This document shows positions 11,600 to 24,130 of a stretch of 64,000 nt of DNA, one piece after another. The notes under the pieces are model-generated. The model did no database searches, had not been told where the DNA came from, and saw only the letters and a list, made by a program, of their open reading frames with translations. This DNA is from Gracilinanus agilis (lineage: Eukaryota): NCBI RefSeq assembly GCF_016433145.1, contig NC_058133.1:192870374-192934373 (forward strand). The letters are read 5' to 3'. The translations under genes were made by a program, and so were the position numbers. Every line of letters begins with the position of its first letter. Position 1 is the first letter of the stretch.

Positions 11600-13279
11600 C
11601 TACCTTGATTATGGGTGTTCTCTAGGTTTAGTGTAATTGACTGGACTGGGAATAGGATGCTCAGAAAAAGAGAACAGGCCTGGAGTATTAGGGAAATGGC
11701 ACAAGACAGATATGGGGTCTTGACAAAATGGTCAACAGGGTTGGTCTCTTTCCCTAAGTTTTTGTGTGTATTGTTGAATAGGAGTGGGAAATCAAACCTG
11801 TAGGCCCAAAGGGGCAAAGAAGGGGAGGGAGAAGCATCCTGAAGCTTTCCCAGCATTCTCCAGGGTGATCTCCTTCACAGTTTCCACAACTTCCATCACC
11901 ACATACAGGTTTTCCCCTCGTTCCTTTATCTCTTGCAGGAATGAATGCTCTGGCATAAGCTTCCTGGGGTAGAGGAGACATAAGGAGAAGGTTCAAAACT
12001 TCTCTTTATGCTAGTTGGTCCCCATTTCTCCTTTTGCCTTCTCATCATTTGCCTGGCATCTAAGAACCAGTGTGTAGCTGGGGCTTTTTTTTTTTTTTTA
12101 GCCTTCTTAATTTAGATTTCTGAGCTCCCAAATTTTCTTATCCTTTTCCCCTGCTCCTCATCTCAGTCTCCCAACTACCACTTAAGAGGCAGTGTGATAT
12201 CCTCTGTACAACCTTGACCCAGAAACTCAAAAGAGGATGGCTGGGCATTAGACCAGGATTGTATGTTGCAACCATAGTTAGGTACTGGCCTTGGGTCATC
12301 TACCTTTGTGAGCAGCCTACAAACTGTGTGTATGGGTAGAGGAGTCACTAGCAAGTGGCTTCCGCTGTCATCTTTAGAGGTAGCCACAAGAATTCAAAAG
12401 CACTTTAGTTGTGGTAAGATTAAATTCTGACTGTATCAAGAGTTAAATAAAAAAGTTCCTATTAGGAAGAATACTTTCAAGATGATCTGTTACTTGATGT
12501 GCAAAGTGAAGGTCATAAGCTAGAAGGCATTGCTCCCTAGAGCTATCCTTGAGAAAGCTACAAGTCAGGATAGTAGTCAGACAGTCCCTCTTGCCATGCC
12601 AAGACCAAGAGAAGTCTGGTAAAGTCCAGCCCTTCTTGTAGATTCTCTTGCTTCCCTCTCCTCCCCTCAAGAAGGAGCTTCCCCTAATCTCACCTTTCCT
12701 TATGTAAGTCATCCAAGGCTTTAGCAGAAACACTGAGAGACTGAACCTCTAGGGTACTGCTGTGTGAGAGCCCTGCTGTCCCTTTGACTTTCACTGTTTT
12801 GGGGACATCTACTTCACCCTCCAGGCGGGCATCCAGCATCTTCTTGAAAGAGAAGTTTCCTGTGTCGGATGGATCTAGGGGAATGAGAGGGAATGGGGAT
12901 GTGATGCTGGACCAAAGGCATTCCCCAAATCAGAATGCCAGTGATCCAACCGGAAATTCTTTCCTCCTTCTTCTATATAGGATGATATGCTAGGCAGGGT
13001 CTTGCTAGCTGGATGACCAGGCCCATTTCCATATCTGCTTTGGCCTATCTGTGCTACCAACTGACCTGAAGGTGAGGCTCCTGGCTGTAGCAGATCTAGG
13101 AGTGTATAGTCAGTGCGGACATAACGGGCACCCCAGAACAGTGTGCTTTTCCTCTTCCTCAGGACCAGGCAGAAGGGATGGAAGCGCTTAAAGTCAATGA
13201 GGCTATCCAAGGGGGTCAAGTCTCCTCGGGGATTGAGCTGTCTGGCCAGGGCCCGAGTGACATTTTCAAACAAGGTCAT
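6305..13279 (-). CDS. GSDMA: Gasdermin-A, complete, 11 coding exons, 1341 nt, 446 aa
   Basis: Exons (minus): 13279-13066, 12874-12694, 11963-11798, 10493-10397, 9995-9948, 9140-9114, 8415-8395, 7949-7795, 7357-7243, 7112-7039, 6547-6305. All GT-AG, frame continuous. Starts MTLFENVTRALARQLNPRGDLTPLDSLIDFKRFHPFCLVLRKRKSTLFWGARY, ends LCALYASLSFLQLLTKHS*. Confidence 0.97.
7039..7112 (-). CDS. GSDMA: GSDMA coding exon 10 (74 nt)
   Basis: ELTEAQHKLLAKSMEMKLLPQQLKL; donor gtaaga. Confidence 0.94.
7243..7357 (-). CDS. GSDMA: GSDMA coding exon 9 (115 nt)
   Basis: FEEALNKGHPVSLEANPKDIELSRDVVEGVLYFLGALT. Confidence 0.94.
7795..7949 (-). CDS. GSDMA: GSDMA coding exon 8 (155 nt)
   Basis: EVPENFGTLKKEVQNEAQEVAKLSKEGQESLLKSLRSILGKKQDLQDLELT. 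Confidence 0.94.
8395..8415 (-). CDS. GSDMA: GSDMA linker microexon (21 nt)
   Basis: cattatag|TGATCCAGTCATCTGATATTT|gtaagg = (L)IQSSDI(S); aligns to human LIQASDV. Confidence 0.9.
9114..9140 (-). CDS. GSDMA: GSDMA linker microexon (27 nt)
   Basis: tttatccag|AAAATCCTGAGGATAAAACATTCACCC|gtaagt = ENPEDKTFT(L); aligns to human EKSGEEKVI(L). Confidence 0.85.
9486..9719. mobile_element. hAT MITE in a GSDMA intron
   Basis: TIRs caggggctcctaac ... gttaggaacccatg; 8-bp TSD atttagag (9478-9485) / atttggag (9720-9727). Confidence 0.75.
9948..9995 (-). CDS. GSDMA: GSDMA coding exon 5 (48 nt)
   Basis: DIPHVCNEDMKTFPPE; ccag/gtgagt. Confidence 0.93.
10397..10493 (-). CDS. GSDMA: GSDMA coding exon 4 (97 nt)
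   Basis: GSIDHKEAITIPQGCVLAYRVRQLIVKGKDDW; ag/gtgagt. Confidence 0.95.
11545..11596. repeat. (TG)n microsatellite
   Basis: About 26 TG units. Confidence 0.95.
11798..11963 (-). CDS. GSDMA: GSDMA coding exon 3 (166 nt)
   Basis: KLMPEHSFLQEIKERGENLYVVMEVVETVKEITLENAGKASGCFSLPFFAPLGLQ; donor gtttga. Confidence 0.95.
12694..12874 (-). CDS. GSDMA: GSDMA coding exon 2 (181 nt)
   Basis: DPSDTGNFSFKKMLDARLEGEVDVPKTVKVKGTAGLSHSSTLEVQSLSVSAKALDDLHKER; ag/gtgaga. Confidence 0.95.
13066..13279 (-). CDS. GSDMA: GSDMA first coding exon (214 coding nt)
   Basis: ctccag|gagcaATG acceptor at 13286-13285; MTLFENV...LQPGASPS; donor gtcagt. Confidence 0.96.
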
Positions 13280-14832
13280 TGCTCCTGGAGAAAGAACAAA
13301 GAAAGAATCAAGTGGCTGCCAGAGAGATGGACCTAAAGGGTACTGGGTCATGGAGTGGATAGGCAGGTTGGTTATATAGGAGAGAGTCTTTTATAGAAAT
13401 ACAAAATTTTGGAGCTGGAAGAAACATTTGAGAAGGAATTGAAACAACTAACACCTAATATTTTCTCCACCTTGAAAATTTTGTGATTTTTAAGTAATTA
13501 TATCATTTAGTACCCTCATTTTACAGAAAAAAGAACAGAAGCCCAAAGAAATTAACTGGCTTTCTCAAGGACAGATAGCTGGTTAGTGTCAGGTGGGAGC
13601 TAGGAGTACTCTCTAGGTTATGAGAAAGCAGAGATATCTCTTTTGTAGGCATCCATGGTGTAGTATCAAATATGCTCTATCCAAAAGTCAGAAGTTCAAG
13701 ATCAGATCCTGGCTCTGCCACTTTCTAGCTATTACTTTAGTCACTTAATGTCTTTGACCCTTAGTCTCCTTATCTATAAAATAGAGTTAATGATACTTGT
13801 AATAGTTCACAGGACTATTGTGAGAATCAAATGTGATTAAGTATTTGGGAAACCTTGAAGCCCTATATAGATATATTAGATATAGCTGCATCTTCAGTTT
13901 TGGACTGTGTTTTTCTGGTTCAAATACAGGAGTCCTAACTGGGATGACAAGTACAGCTAAATCATTAGATGTTAGAAAGAGAGTACTGAACTGCCATTAC
14001 TAGAACTGCTACATCTGTTCTTTGGATAATTGGAGGTAGAGGGAAGAAGCCCCTTCAAGAATTATTCTGACCCAATCAAATGACCTGTAGTATTTTTGGC
14101 CATGGTTTTTGTTATTGTTCAGTCATTTCAGTTGTGTCAGATCCTTCATGACCCTGTGGACCTCTGTGCTTGGTTTTTTCTTGGCAAAGAATCTGGAGTG
14201 ATTTGCTATTTCTTCTCCAGTGGCAAAGAGATTAAGTAATTTACCCAAGATCATATAGCTAGAAAGTTTCTGAGGCTGGATTTGAAACCAGGTCTTCCTG
14301 ACTGCAAACCCAGACCTCTGTCCACTGTACCACTTAACTGCCTTATTTATGCCAGTTTCTGGCAGAGCCTCACCATGCTGGAATAACCATCTTCATTCCT
14401 GACTGAGTATCCTCCCATAATTCTAGGCCACTGGACAATTTGTCCATATGCTTCCCCTTCTCTAGGAAAGGCCCAATTGAGTAGACTATCCTGACTAAGC
14501 CAATCCAATGTACATTTATTAAATACCTACTGTGTGCTACAAAGATGAAAATGAAAACAGTTTCCAACTTCAAGGGGTTTTAATTCTGCCTCTAGGATCC
14601 ATGATTCTTTGTCTCCTAGGGGAGTCCCTTTCCCTAAAGCAGCTTGATTATTCACATTTACTGCCCCTCACCCTCCAGGTCTCCCTCACCCCCATCCCTT
14701 ATCCCTTATCCCTTATCCCCGTCCCAATACCAAAATCTTTACCAAAGAATGGTGATGATGATTGGGTGTTGTCAGGTAGATGTAGACGTCACGTGCTGGG
14801 TCAGTCAGATTTGAGTCCAATTTGGTCTTTAC

Positions 14833-15430
14833 AGGCTTTCTTGGGTTGAGAGAATCCCTGCGCTCAGTGGTGTCTGAGGCGGCTCTGCCTGATTTATGGC
14901 AGTGTGGAGGGAAGGATGGAGGTCACAGAGATCCTGCCTGCCCTGGTGACCCCACCCCAGCACCACTGGCCACACTTCCGGGAGAACTGCATCAACCTGT
15001 TCTCCATGTGCCCTGCCCCAGGCCCCAGGTCCTCATTTGCTACAGGGCTGAGGAGTTGGGTGGGGAGTTGCCTGGCAGGTGTCAGTGTGGGCGACAGGAG
15101 TCAGACTAGGAAGGGAAAGAGCACCTGGATCAATGGCTGATGGCCAGGGAAGGTAGAGGATGGGTCTCCTGCAGGGGAAACTGAAGGAGGTAGGGTGGCT
15201 TAGAGTATATGTGGGTGGAGTATACTTCTGTACTTCTGTGATGCTGAAGGAGAGCTTGAGAGCTGTCAAGGAGAATCTTGGGGTCAGAGTCAAATCTTGT
15301 CTGATGTGATAAGGAAACAAGGAAACTCCTTTCCCAGGAGATTCTATCAGGATGCTGAGCTGCTGAAGAATAGAATATTGGTCTGTCCTTTAATCTCTTT
15401 GATGCATTTAAATAGACAGAATATCTCATT
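14833..15430 (-). promoter_or_regulatory. Putative GSDMA promoter and non-coding exon 1 (copy A)
   Basis: Non-repeat sequence 1.5 kb upstream of the first coding exon. TATA-like CATAAAT (14898-14892), CACCC boxes, candidate donor CT|gtaaag at 14832. Mammalian GSDMA has a non-coding first exon. No transcript evidence. Confidence 0.4.
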
Positions 15431-17071
15431 CAGTTTTTAAAAATTAGATTTTATTTTTTCAAAGAACAAAAATTGTTTTCTCTCCCTCTCACCCATCTCC
15501 ACCATGGGAAAAAAAATCAAAGCCCTTGTAACAAATAAAGTGAAGCCAAACAAATTCCCACATTGTTGTTTAGTCATTTTTGGTTCAGACAGCTTTGTGT
15601 CCCCATTTGGGGTTTCCTTGGCAATAATATTAGAGTGGTTAGCCATTTTCTTCTCCAACTCATTTGACAGATGAGAAAACTGAGGCAAACAGGGTTGCCC
15701 AGGGTCACAGCTGTTAAGTGTCTGAGCCCAAATTTGAATTCAAGGAGATGAGTCTTTTTAATTCCAGGCTACCTAGCTGTCCTCAGTTCCTTCATTGCCA
15801 TGCCCCAAAATAGATTTCTCATTCAGGAGGTGAATAGCATGCTTTATCAGTAGCCCCTCTTAATAACTTTAGCTTCCTGATAGGACACATGTATAGATAT
15901 GTATGTATGTGTATATGTATGTAAATATATACATGTATATATACAAACACACAGATATTTAAATATGTACATGTATATTCACAAATACATAGATAGATAT
16001 GGTAGCCCAAGGAATTTGTATCTGCATTTTAGTGGGAATATTGTATATGAGAGGCGAGAGACCTAAATTCAAATCCAGATTTTATTTGCTATCATTAGGC
16101 AAATAACTTTTAAAAAATACTTTTTCAAAAGACTAAGTCTTTTCATCTTGTCCATCCTGGAGATACAGGGACTATTCATGGGCTCAGTTTTTCTTCTGAT
16201 CATCAGGGGAGCTTTGGCCTACTCTGCCAGGCATTGTACCAAGGGCTTTTTACATATATTATCTTCTCATAACAATCACAACAATCCTGGGAGGTAGATA
16301 CAATTATTTCCTCCATTTTATAGTTGAAGAAACTGAAGCAGACAGAGGCTAAGTGACTTGCCCAGAGCCACAGAGCAGGCAGTGTCTGAGGCCATATTTG
16401 AGCTCAGGCCTCCCTGACTATAGCCAAGTACTCTATCCACTCTGCTCTATAGCTGCCCCTTAGGCAACCTTGTGACCTCCTTGTCTCAAGAATGCATTAA
16501 TTCCAAACTTAATTTGGGTGTCCATTCAGCTCAGAACTCTGGAGCTCAAGATTTTCTAGAGCCTCAGCCTCTTCCATAGTTAGGATTACGAGGTACCATG
16601 TCTGGCTGTAACTTTGTTTTTCTGAGTCATGATTTTCTCATATGTTGTGAGGAAAGTACATTGTAAACCTTGATGAATTATAAAGATCATCTTTCTCCAT
16701 CTACATTTATTTGGTTCTCCCTGGTTTTCTGTCTACAACCATTTCTTATTTCCTACAGTCTTTTTCTATGGGTCTGTCAAGAGGTTTTTTTTATTAGTAT
16801 ATAAAAATAAGATGAATTTTCCTTTGTGAAGTTTTGCTTCCATCTCTTTACCTCTTTAACAGTCACATGAAGAGCTCCTTTTTTATGAATAAAAATAAAT
16901 GTGGATAAAAGAATCAAAGATACAGTAAGACATCTTCCACATTTGTCTATAATTATTTGCATAGATTTTTAATGAAGAGGTCAATTAGTCCAGTCTCAGA
17001 TTGAGATATATTCTTTGGACTCTGAAAATCCTTCCTTTCCCCTAATCAGCTAACTTCAGAGAGGGTTCTTT

Positions 17072-17947
17072 TTTTTCTTTTTTTGTTTAAACATTTATTT
17101 ATTATTTATTTTTTTGAAAAGTTAACATGGTTACATAATTCATGCTCTTACTTTCCCCTTCACCCCCCCCACCCCCCGACTCCTCCCTCCTTGCCATGGC
17201 TGATGTATATTTCCACTGGTTTTAACATTTGTCATTGATCAAGACTTATTTCCATATTATTGATAGTTGCATTGGTGTGGTAGTTTCGAGTCTACATCCC
17301 CAATCATGTCTGCCTCAACCCATATGTTCAAGCAGTTGTTTTTCTTCTGTTTCCACTCCTGTAGTTCTTCCTCTGAATGTGGGTAGCGTTCTTTTCCATA
17401 AATCCCTCAGAATTGTCCTGGGTCATTGCATTGCTGCTAGTACAGAAGGCCATTACATTCGATTTTACCACAGTGTATTGGTCTCTGTGTACAATGTTCT
17501 TCTGGCTCTGCTCCTTTCACTCTGCATCAGTTCCTGGAGGTCTTTCCAGTTCACCTGGAACTCCTCCAGTTTATTATTCCTTTTAGCACAATAGTATTCC
17601 ATCACCAGCATATACTACAATTTGTTTGACCATTCCCCAATTGAAGGACATACCCTCCTTTTCCAGTTTTTTGCCACTACAAAAAGCGCAGCTATAAATA
17701 TTTTCGTACAAGTCTGTTTATCTATGATCTCTTTGGGGTACAAACCCAACAATGGTAATGCTGGATCAAAGGGCAGGCATTCTTTTATAGCCCTTTGAGC
17801 ATAGTTTCAAATTGCCAGCCAGAATGGTTGGATCAGTTCACAACTCCACCAGCAATGCATTAATGTCCCAATTTTGCCATATCCCCTCCAGCATTCATTA
17901 CTCTCCCCTTCTTTCATTTTAGCCAGTCTGCTAGGTGTGAGGTGATA
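17072..17947 (-). mobile_element. 5'-truncated L1 (3' end only)
   Basis: T-rich tail at left; 15-bp TSD cagagagggttcttt at 17057-17071 and 17948-17962; sequence resembles the 3' end of the L1 at 51200-52000. Confidence 0.85.
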
Positions 17948-18359
17948 CAGAGAGGGTTCTTTTATTCCTTCCTCTTGGAACACAGTCTGTCTTCTTACAG
18001 CTCAGACTTTTGTGACCATCTCAGTGTGTAAATTCTTCATTCTCAACTTCTGATGTCCAAGTCCTCATCACCTGGTGAATTCTCCATAGACCCAGAACAC
18101 ACCTGTTTCCAGTCATCCCTACTCTATTATTACTCACTCTAACCCTTCCACAAGTCCATTTCCCCTTCCCACTGCCATTATGCTAGTCTCACAAATGACC
18201 CATGGCACTTAGCATCAAGGTAAAGGGCTTTAGGGACATAATCAGAGTGGGACAGGGGCCTGAGATTGGGTGGATAGGTGTATGGGCATGGGGTAAGGGT
18301 TCATTCATTTTTTACTTTGGAAATGAACCAGGAATACTTCCTTGCACATAATAGATTAT

Positions 18360-18676
18360 TACTTTTGATTCCTCACCTTGTGTCCTAGTGACAACTCTAA
18401 GACAGAAGGGCAGAGGCTAAGCAAATGGGGTTAAGTGACTTGTCCATGGTCACAAAGCTAATAAGTGTCTGAGACCAGATTTGAACGGAGGCCCTTCTGA
18501 CTCCAGGCATGGCACTCTATCCACTGATCTACCTAGCTGCTCCACATAATAGACTATTTTTTTTTTTAAACCCTTACCTTCTGTCTTGGAGTCAATACTG
18601 TGTATTGGCTCCGAGGCAGAAGAGTGGTAAGGGTAGGCAATGGGGGTCAAGTGACTTGCCCAGGGTCACACAGCTA
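18360..18676 (-). mobile_element. Two adjacent marsupial SINEs
   Basis: The second (about 18557-18676) is 5'-truncated, with 16-bp TSD cacataatagactatt. Confidence 0.8.
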
Positions 18677-21149
18677 GCACATAATAGACTATTAATAAAT
18701 GTTTGTTGATTTTGAAATGGAGCTTCTTGGTTTCTTGCCCATGTCTTACTCCCTTTCTCAGACCACATACTCTATTCCCAGTCCACTCTTTTCCTCAGGA
18801 TCCTTTAACTGTCTCTTCTCATCCCATATCTGGTTCCTCCTACACCCCTTTAGCAACTCTCCCTATTGGGATCATTTACATGATTTCTCTGCACCCCTTT
18901 CCCCTTCCCTTTCTTCTTGTCTAAGAGTAGAACTTAAGGTTGGACTTCACAAGAGAACTCAGATATCTGCTTTGTTACAGTGATTGAATTCGGGAGTCTG
19001 AGTGAGGGTGACCTTTACGTCCCTGAAAGTCTCAGACTCACTGTCTGAGATATTTAGGATGAAGCCTCTTCAGGGGTAAGGAGACAGCTGGGAAGCTTCT
19101 GGAAGGACTGGTTAATTGTATCAGCCCCAATCTCTTGGGATCGTGTCTGGCTTCTTTAGCTCCCTCTGGTGGCAGTTCAGGACTCAGTCATTGCACTGAA
19201 TGACAGGCATCCAACCTTTCTGGATGGGGCTTTGGGGCTGGGATATGAGAGTAAAACCAATAGCAAAAGTAGTAATCTGGAGAGCCTCTAGTGATCACTT
19301 CCCATTCTCTTTTGTGTCAGAGACTCATAAGTAAGACATTGGGACAAAAATAAGACTTGTTCTTTTAAAAAACTTTTTTTAAGCAATTATCTCTTTAAAA
19401 AAAAAAATGTTATTTCCCCTTCTTCCCAAGGAGCAAAGGGAGGAAGGGAGAAAATAAGGGGAAAAACAAAGGACTTAGGGAAGGCTGGCAGCCCTGACCC
19501 AAGAGAAAAATGAATATCCAGAAGGTGGCAGCAGTGGGTCCCTGAGAAATCATACTATTGTACACTTGGGCATCCCTTTGGGGATAAAGGGGAGAATTCC
19601 CACTTGCCAGTTAGTACCCATGTATTTGCTTTGTGAGGTGGGAGAAGCATTTAGGGAGAATGGCATTTCAGAGAGACCTCCTCTGGCTTCTTAAGTTTCC
19701 TGGGAGAGGGAGAATCACGGTTTTTCTGGGGCTTTGGGTAGCAGCTTTTCTTCCCAAGTTGCTGTTCAGCTGTCCTTTTCTGAGCTTACCCTTTCCCCAT
19801 CCATCCAGGACTTCAGACACTATAGTGGGACACTCCAGACAGTCAGTGATTGCCATAGGAACTGGTATCTGCCTTGACTCATTGATTTGACTGAAATGTG
19901 TAAGTGTCACTGAGTTTACTATGTTGGCTGCTACATGAATCAGTGAGGAATGAGGGAATTGAGATCAGGAAAACCTGAGTTTGAATTCTGCCTCAGACTC
20001 TCCCTGACCAAGTCAATAAACCCCTTTCATCCTCACTTTTTTCAGGTGTAAATATAGGATAACCTTAGCACCTATCTCCCAGGGTCTGTGGGGAACAAAC
20101 AAGATAACATGAGGCATTTTGCAAGTCTTAAAGTGCTCTATAAATGCTAGTTTCTCTTAATTATTCACAGGAACCTATATAGGGTCTTTATGACTATCTA
20201 AATATTTTAGCATCTATGTTTAAGTATCTTTTTGTTTCCATGAATGCTTGTGTCATTGTGTGTTTTTCAATGAATGAAAACCTATGTCCTTGTGATTTTG
20301 TTTCAGTGTCCCTGTGTCTTTGCAAGCCCGTGCTTCCAGAAAGGCCAGGGCTGGAGCTCCTTAGAGAGATTCCTGTGCCAGCTCTTATCATGAGCTCATA
20401 AGCCATACTTCCCAACTTGAGCCTCACCACCTCTTTGAGAACTGCAGCTCATGTATGATGCTGAGCTTCTGAATCTTCAGCAGTTGTCATGTAAGCTACC
20501 AGTAGAGAGTGATATTCTCCGTGACAAGAATTGTTTCAGACTTCACTCCAGCCTGCATTTTCCCTTCAGTTTTGATTGTTGGGTCTTTTCTTGGCTCTGC
20601 TAGACAGAGACACTAGAGCTTTTCTTGCCTACACTGCTCCAAACCCACTTCCTCCAAAAAGACTACTTGGACTTCCTCATAGTAACAAATGTCTCTCTTC
20701 CTCTCCTCTAAATTGACTATGAATTAAGGGATTTTCTCCAGACCTATGTGAAGATTTAAGCATGGCCTGTAGCATTTTAAATATTGGAAGACAACAGGAA
20801 TTTTCCAAGAACATGGCAATTGTCATAGGTTATTGGAGAGGGCATTAGATTTGGAGTGAGACCTTTATTTGAATCCTGGCTCTACTTCTTACTACATTTG
20901 TGACTATCAACAAATCATGTCCCTTCTCTTGGCCTCAAATTTTTCCCTCTGTAAAATGAGAGTTGTACTTTAGAAGACTAATGGTGAAGTGTGTTACCTG
21001 CCTCTTGTTAGAGAGGTAGTGAACTAGAGGGGAAGAATACATTTTTAGACATGGCAAAAATGTTGACTTTGTTACAAGAAAGTCTTCCATAGGTGGGTGG
21101 AATGGGAGCTTGAGAGAACTGGTAGGAAATGACAATGATATGTATTTTT

Positions 21150-22222
21150 AAATCCTTACTTTCCATCTTAGAATCAATATTGTGTATTGGTTTCAAGGAA
21201 GAAGAATATTAAGGGCTAGGCAAAGTTAAGTGACTTGCCCAGGGTCACACAGCTAGGAAGTATCTGAAATCAAATTTGAACCTAGGACCTCCTATCTCTA
21301 GGCCTGACTCTTAACCCCCTGAGCTACCCCTGAAAGTGATATTTTTAACAAAAGATCTAAGCATAAATAAAACAATTTCTTGCAAAAGAAAGCAATTACA
21401 TAGAAATATTTATAATAATATTAAAAAAATAAGGTTAGAGGCTCTTGGTGAAGAACATCAGATCTAAGGAAGGATCTCTGAACTAAAATGAGAACGTTGA
21501 TAGGGACTGTCTGGGAGCTACCATTTTGTGGTTTAGTCCTGTGCCCATCTACTAAGTGGCATCAGTTTGTAACCATAATTTGCCTTAATTGTCTAGTGAA
21601 ATGAATATTCCCTAGTTAAACAGAAACCTTAGAGCACTCATGATGTTCTCTAAGTCTGCTCTTTCTTCCCATTTCCTTCTCTGGGTTGATTGTATTGTCA
21701 TTCTTGCCCATACTTAGATTCATAATTTCCCCCTTTTGTCAGTATCAATATGTGCTCAGGTACCAAAGGTTATTAGTATTTTCTGTCCTCCCTTTCTCTT
21801 CTTCTTCTTTCTTTTTTCCCTCTTGTTTTTCTTTTCTTCTTGTCTCTTCTCCCTCCTTTCCTTTCTCCTTTTTCTCCCTCCTACTTGCCCTTCCTCCCTC
21901 TTTTTTTCTCACTCCTGTCCTCTCCCCTTCCCTCTTCCACCTGGTTTCTTCCCTTTTCTCCTTGGTTTCCTTCCCTTCCTTCATTCTCTCCCTCTCTGGG
22001 GGTCCTCTCAAGTCTCCTTGACTCTAACAAAAAATAACCTTTACCTTCTATCTTAGAATTGATACTCAATATCAATTCCGAGGCAGAAGTAAGGGCTAGG
22101 CAACTGGGGGGAAGTGTCTTGCCCAGGGTCATCCAGTTAGGAAGGATCTGAGGTCAGATTTGAAAATGGATCTTCCCAACTCTAGGCCTGGCTCTCTTTC
22201 CACTGAACCACCTAGCTGCCTC
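21150..22222 (-). mobile_element. Two marsupial SINEs (about 21150-21332, 22035-22222) around a pyrimidine-rich low-complexity tract (21780-22015)
   Basis: SINE consensus phrases; CT-rich tract between them. Confidence 0.75.
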
Positions 22223-22799
22223 ACTCCTTAACTAGTATAATAGCTTCCTTACTGATATCCTTGCCTCTCCAGTCCATCCTGAAAAATTCTGATCATGGCG
22301 TTAATCTACAAAAAACTTCAACTGATTCTCTATTGCTTATATGATGAGAAAATATATATATTTCTAAAGCATGATACAATGTAGTGAACAGTGACTTTGA
22401 AGTCAGAGGATCTTGATTAATAGTTTGTCTGACACTGTGACTTTAGGCTAATCACTTAACCTCATTGAACTTGGATCAGATAACCACTGAGGTCCTTTCC
22501 AATCTCAGATTCATGGTCCTATGACTTACATTTAAGGTCTCTCACAATCTGGGCCCTCTTCTACCCTTCATTCTACATTACACCCCTTTGATTATTCCAT
22601 TTTCTAAACTAGTTGATCCTTGATTAACCCTCTCATCTCCTACCACCATGCATTTACTCAGGTTAGATTCCATGCCTGGAACACATTTTGTCCTTATCTT
22701 TACCTGTTGGAAATATTTTTCCCCTTCTGGTCTCACCTTAAGTGTTAGCTTTTCCATGAAGCTGTCAGGAATCACTCTTTCTCAGCTGAAAACTGAAAG

Positions 22800-24130
22800 T
22801 ATTCTCTCTTCTTTTTTAATATCATATTTTAAAATTTATTTAAAAATATTTTTCCATGTTTACACTATTCATTTTCTTTCCCTCCCTGCTCCCCCTTTCC
22901 TTACAGATCTGACAAGTAATTCCACTGGATTGTACAAATGTTATCACTTGATACCTATTTCAATATTATTCATTTTTGCTAGAGTAATCTTTTAAAGCCA
23001 AAACCCCAATTTATATACCCATATATACAAGTGATAAGTGATGTCATATGTTTTTCTTTTGCATTTCTTCTCCCATAGTTCTTTCTCTCAATGGGGATAG
23101 CATTTTTTCTCATAAGTCCTTCAGGAGTGTCCTGGATTATTGCATGGCTACTAGTAGCAAAGGCCATTACATTGGATGTTTCACATTGTTTTACTTTTTG
23201 TGTACAATGTATTCTTGGTTCTGCTCATTTCACTCTGCATCAGTTCATTGAGGTACTTCCAGTTCATATACAAATCCTCCAGATCATTATTCATTACAAG
23301 TGTTTTCTCTTCTTCCTCAAATTTCCCTGCAAACTTTGTCTCAACTTTTCATTTGCTCCAATCACACTCTACTCTGTGTTATACTTATGTGTTTACGTGT
23401 ATTCTGCCTGTATCCCATGCCTGGAAAGCTCTCCCTTCTCCACTCTGACTAATGACTTCTCTGGTTTCCTTTTATAAAAATAATTTTATTTTTTTCCAAA
23501 TTACATGAAAAAACACATTTTAACATTTTTTTTTAGCATTTCGAGTTCCAAATTATCTTCCTCCATCCCTTCATTCCGTCCTTCCAGAGATGGTAAACAA
23601 TATAGGTTATACATGCAATCATAAAAAACATTTCCATACTAAAGGAATGCCCATCAACTGGGGAATGACTAAACAAATTGTGGAATATGATGGTGATGGA
23701 ATACTATTGTGCTGTAAGGAATGATGAACAGGATGATTTCAGAAAGAGCCAGAAAGACCTTCCTGGACTGAAGCAGAATGAAATAAGCAGAACCAGGAAC
23801 AGCTGTGATAGACTTAGCTATTCATTGGCAAATCAAAGATCTGGTACAGTTTTTAAGGACTTATGACAGAATGCTATCTACCTACAGAAAAAGAACTGCT
23901 GGAGTTAGAATGCAGATGAAAACATACGCTTTTTGACTTGCTTATTTGGGTTTCTGTTTTGGGGTTTTGGTTTTATAAGGCTGTTCACTTAAAAATGAAC
24001 AATATGGAAATTTATGTTTTATGTGATAATAACATGTATTTAAAAACCAAACAAGAGAGTTAGAAAAACAATTATAAAAAGAAATGAGAATAACACAAGA
24101 AAATAAAATTGAGGAATTGAAATACAAAAT
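22800..24130. mobile_element. Old L1 3' fragments (minus 22800-23640; plus 23640-24038)
   Basis: L1 3' UTR phrases such as aaggaatgcccatcaactggggaatgactaaacaaattgtgg. Confidence 0.7.

Noticed and set aside
13280-13351. 24-aa N-terminal extension of GSDMA in the ORF track
   Set aside because: It uses a non-ATG start and runs through the polypyrimidine tract and acceptor at 13285, so it is intronic.
14822-15140. ORFs that recur at 45126-45422, suggesting a duplicated small gene or an LRRC3C remnant
   Set aside because: Frames are not preserved between copies and there are no LRR motifs; better explained as non-coding duplicated DNA.
21686-22132. Several ORFs rich in F/L/S/P or E/K/R/G
   Set aside because: Artefacts of a pyrimidine-rich low-complexity tract.
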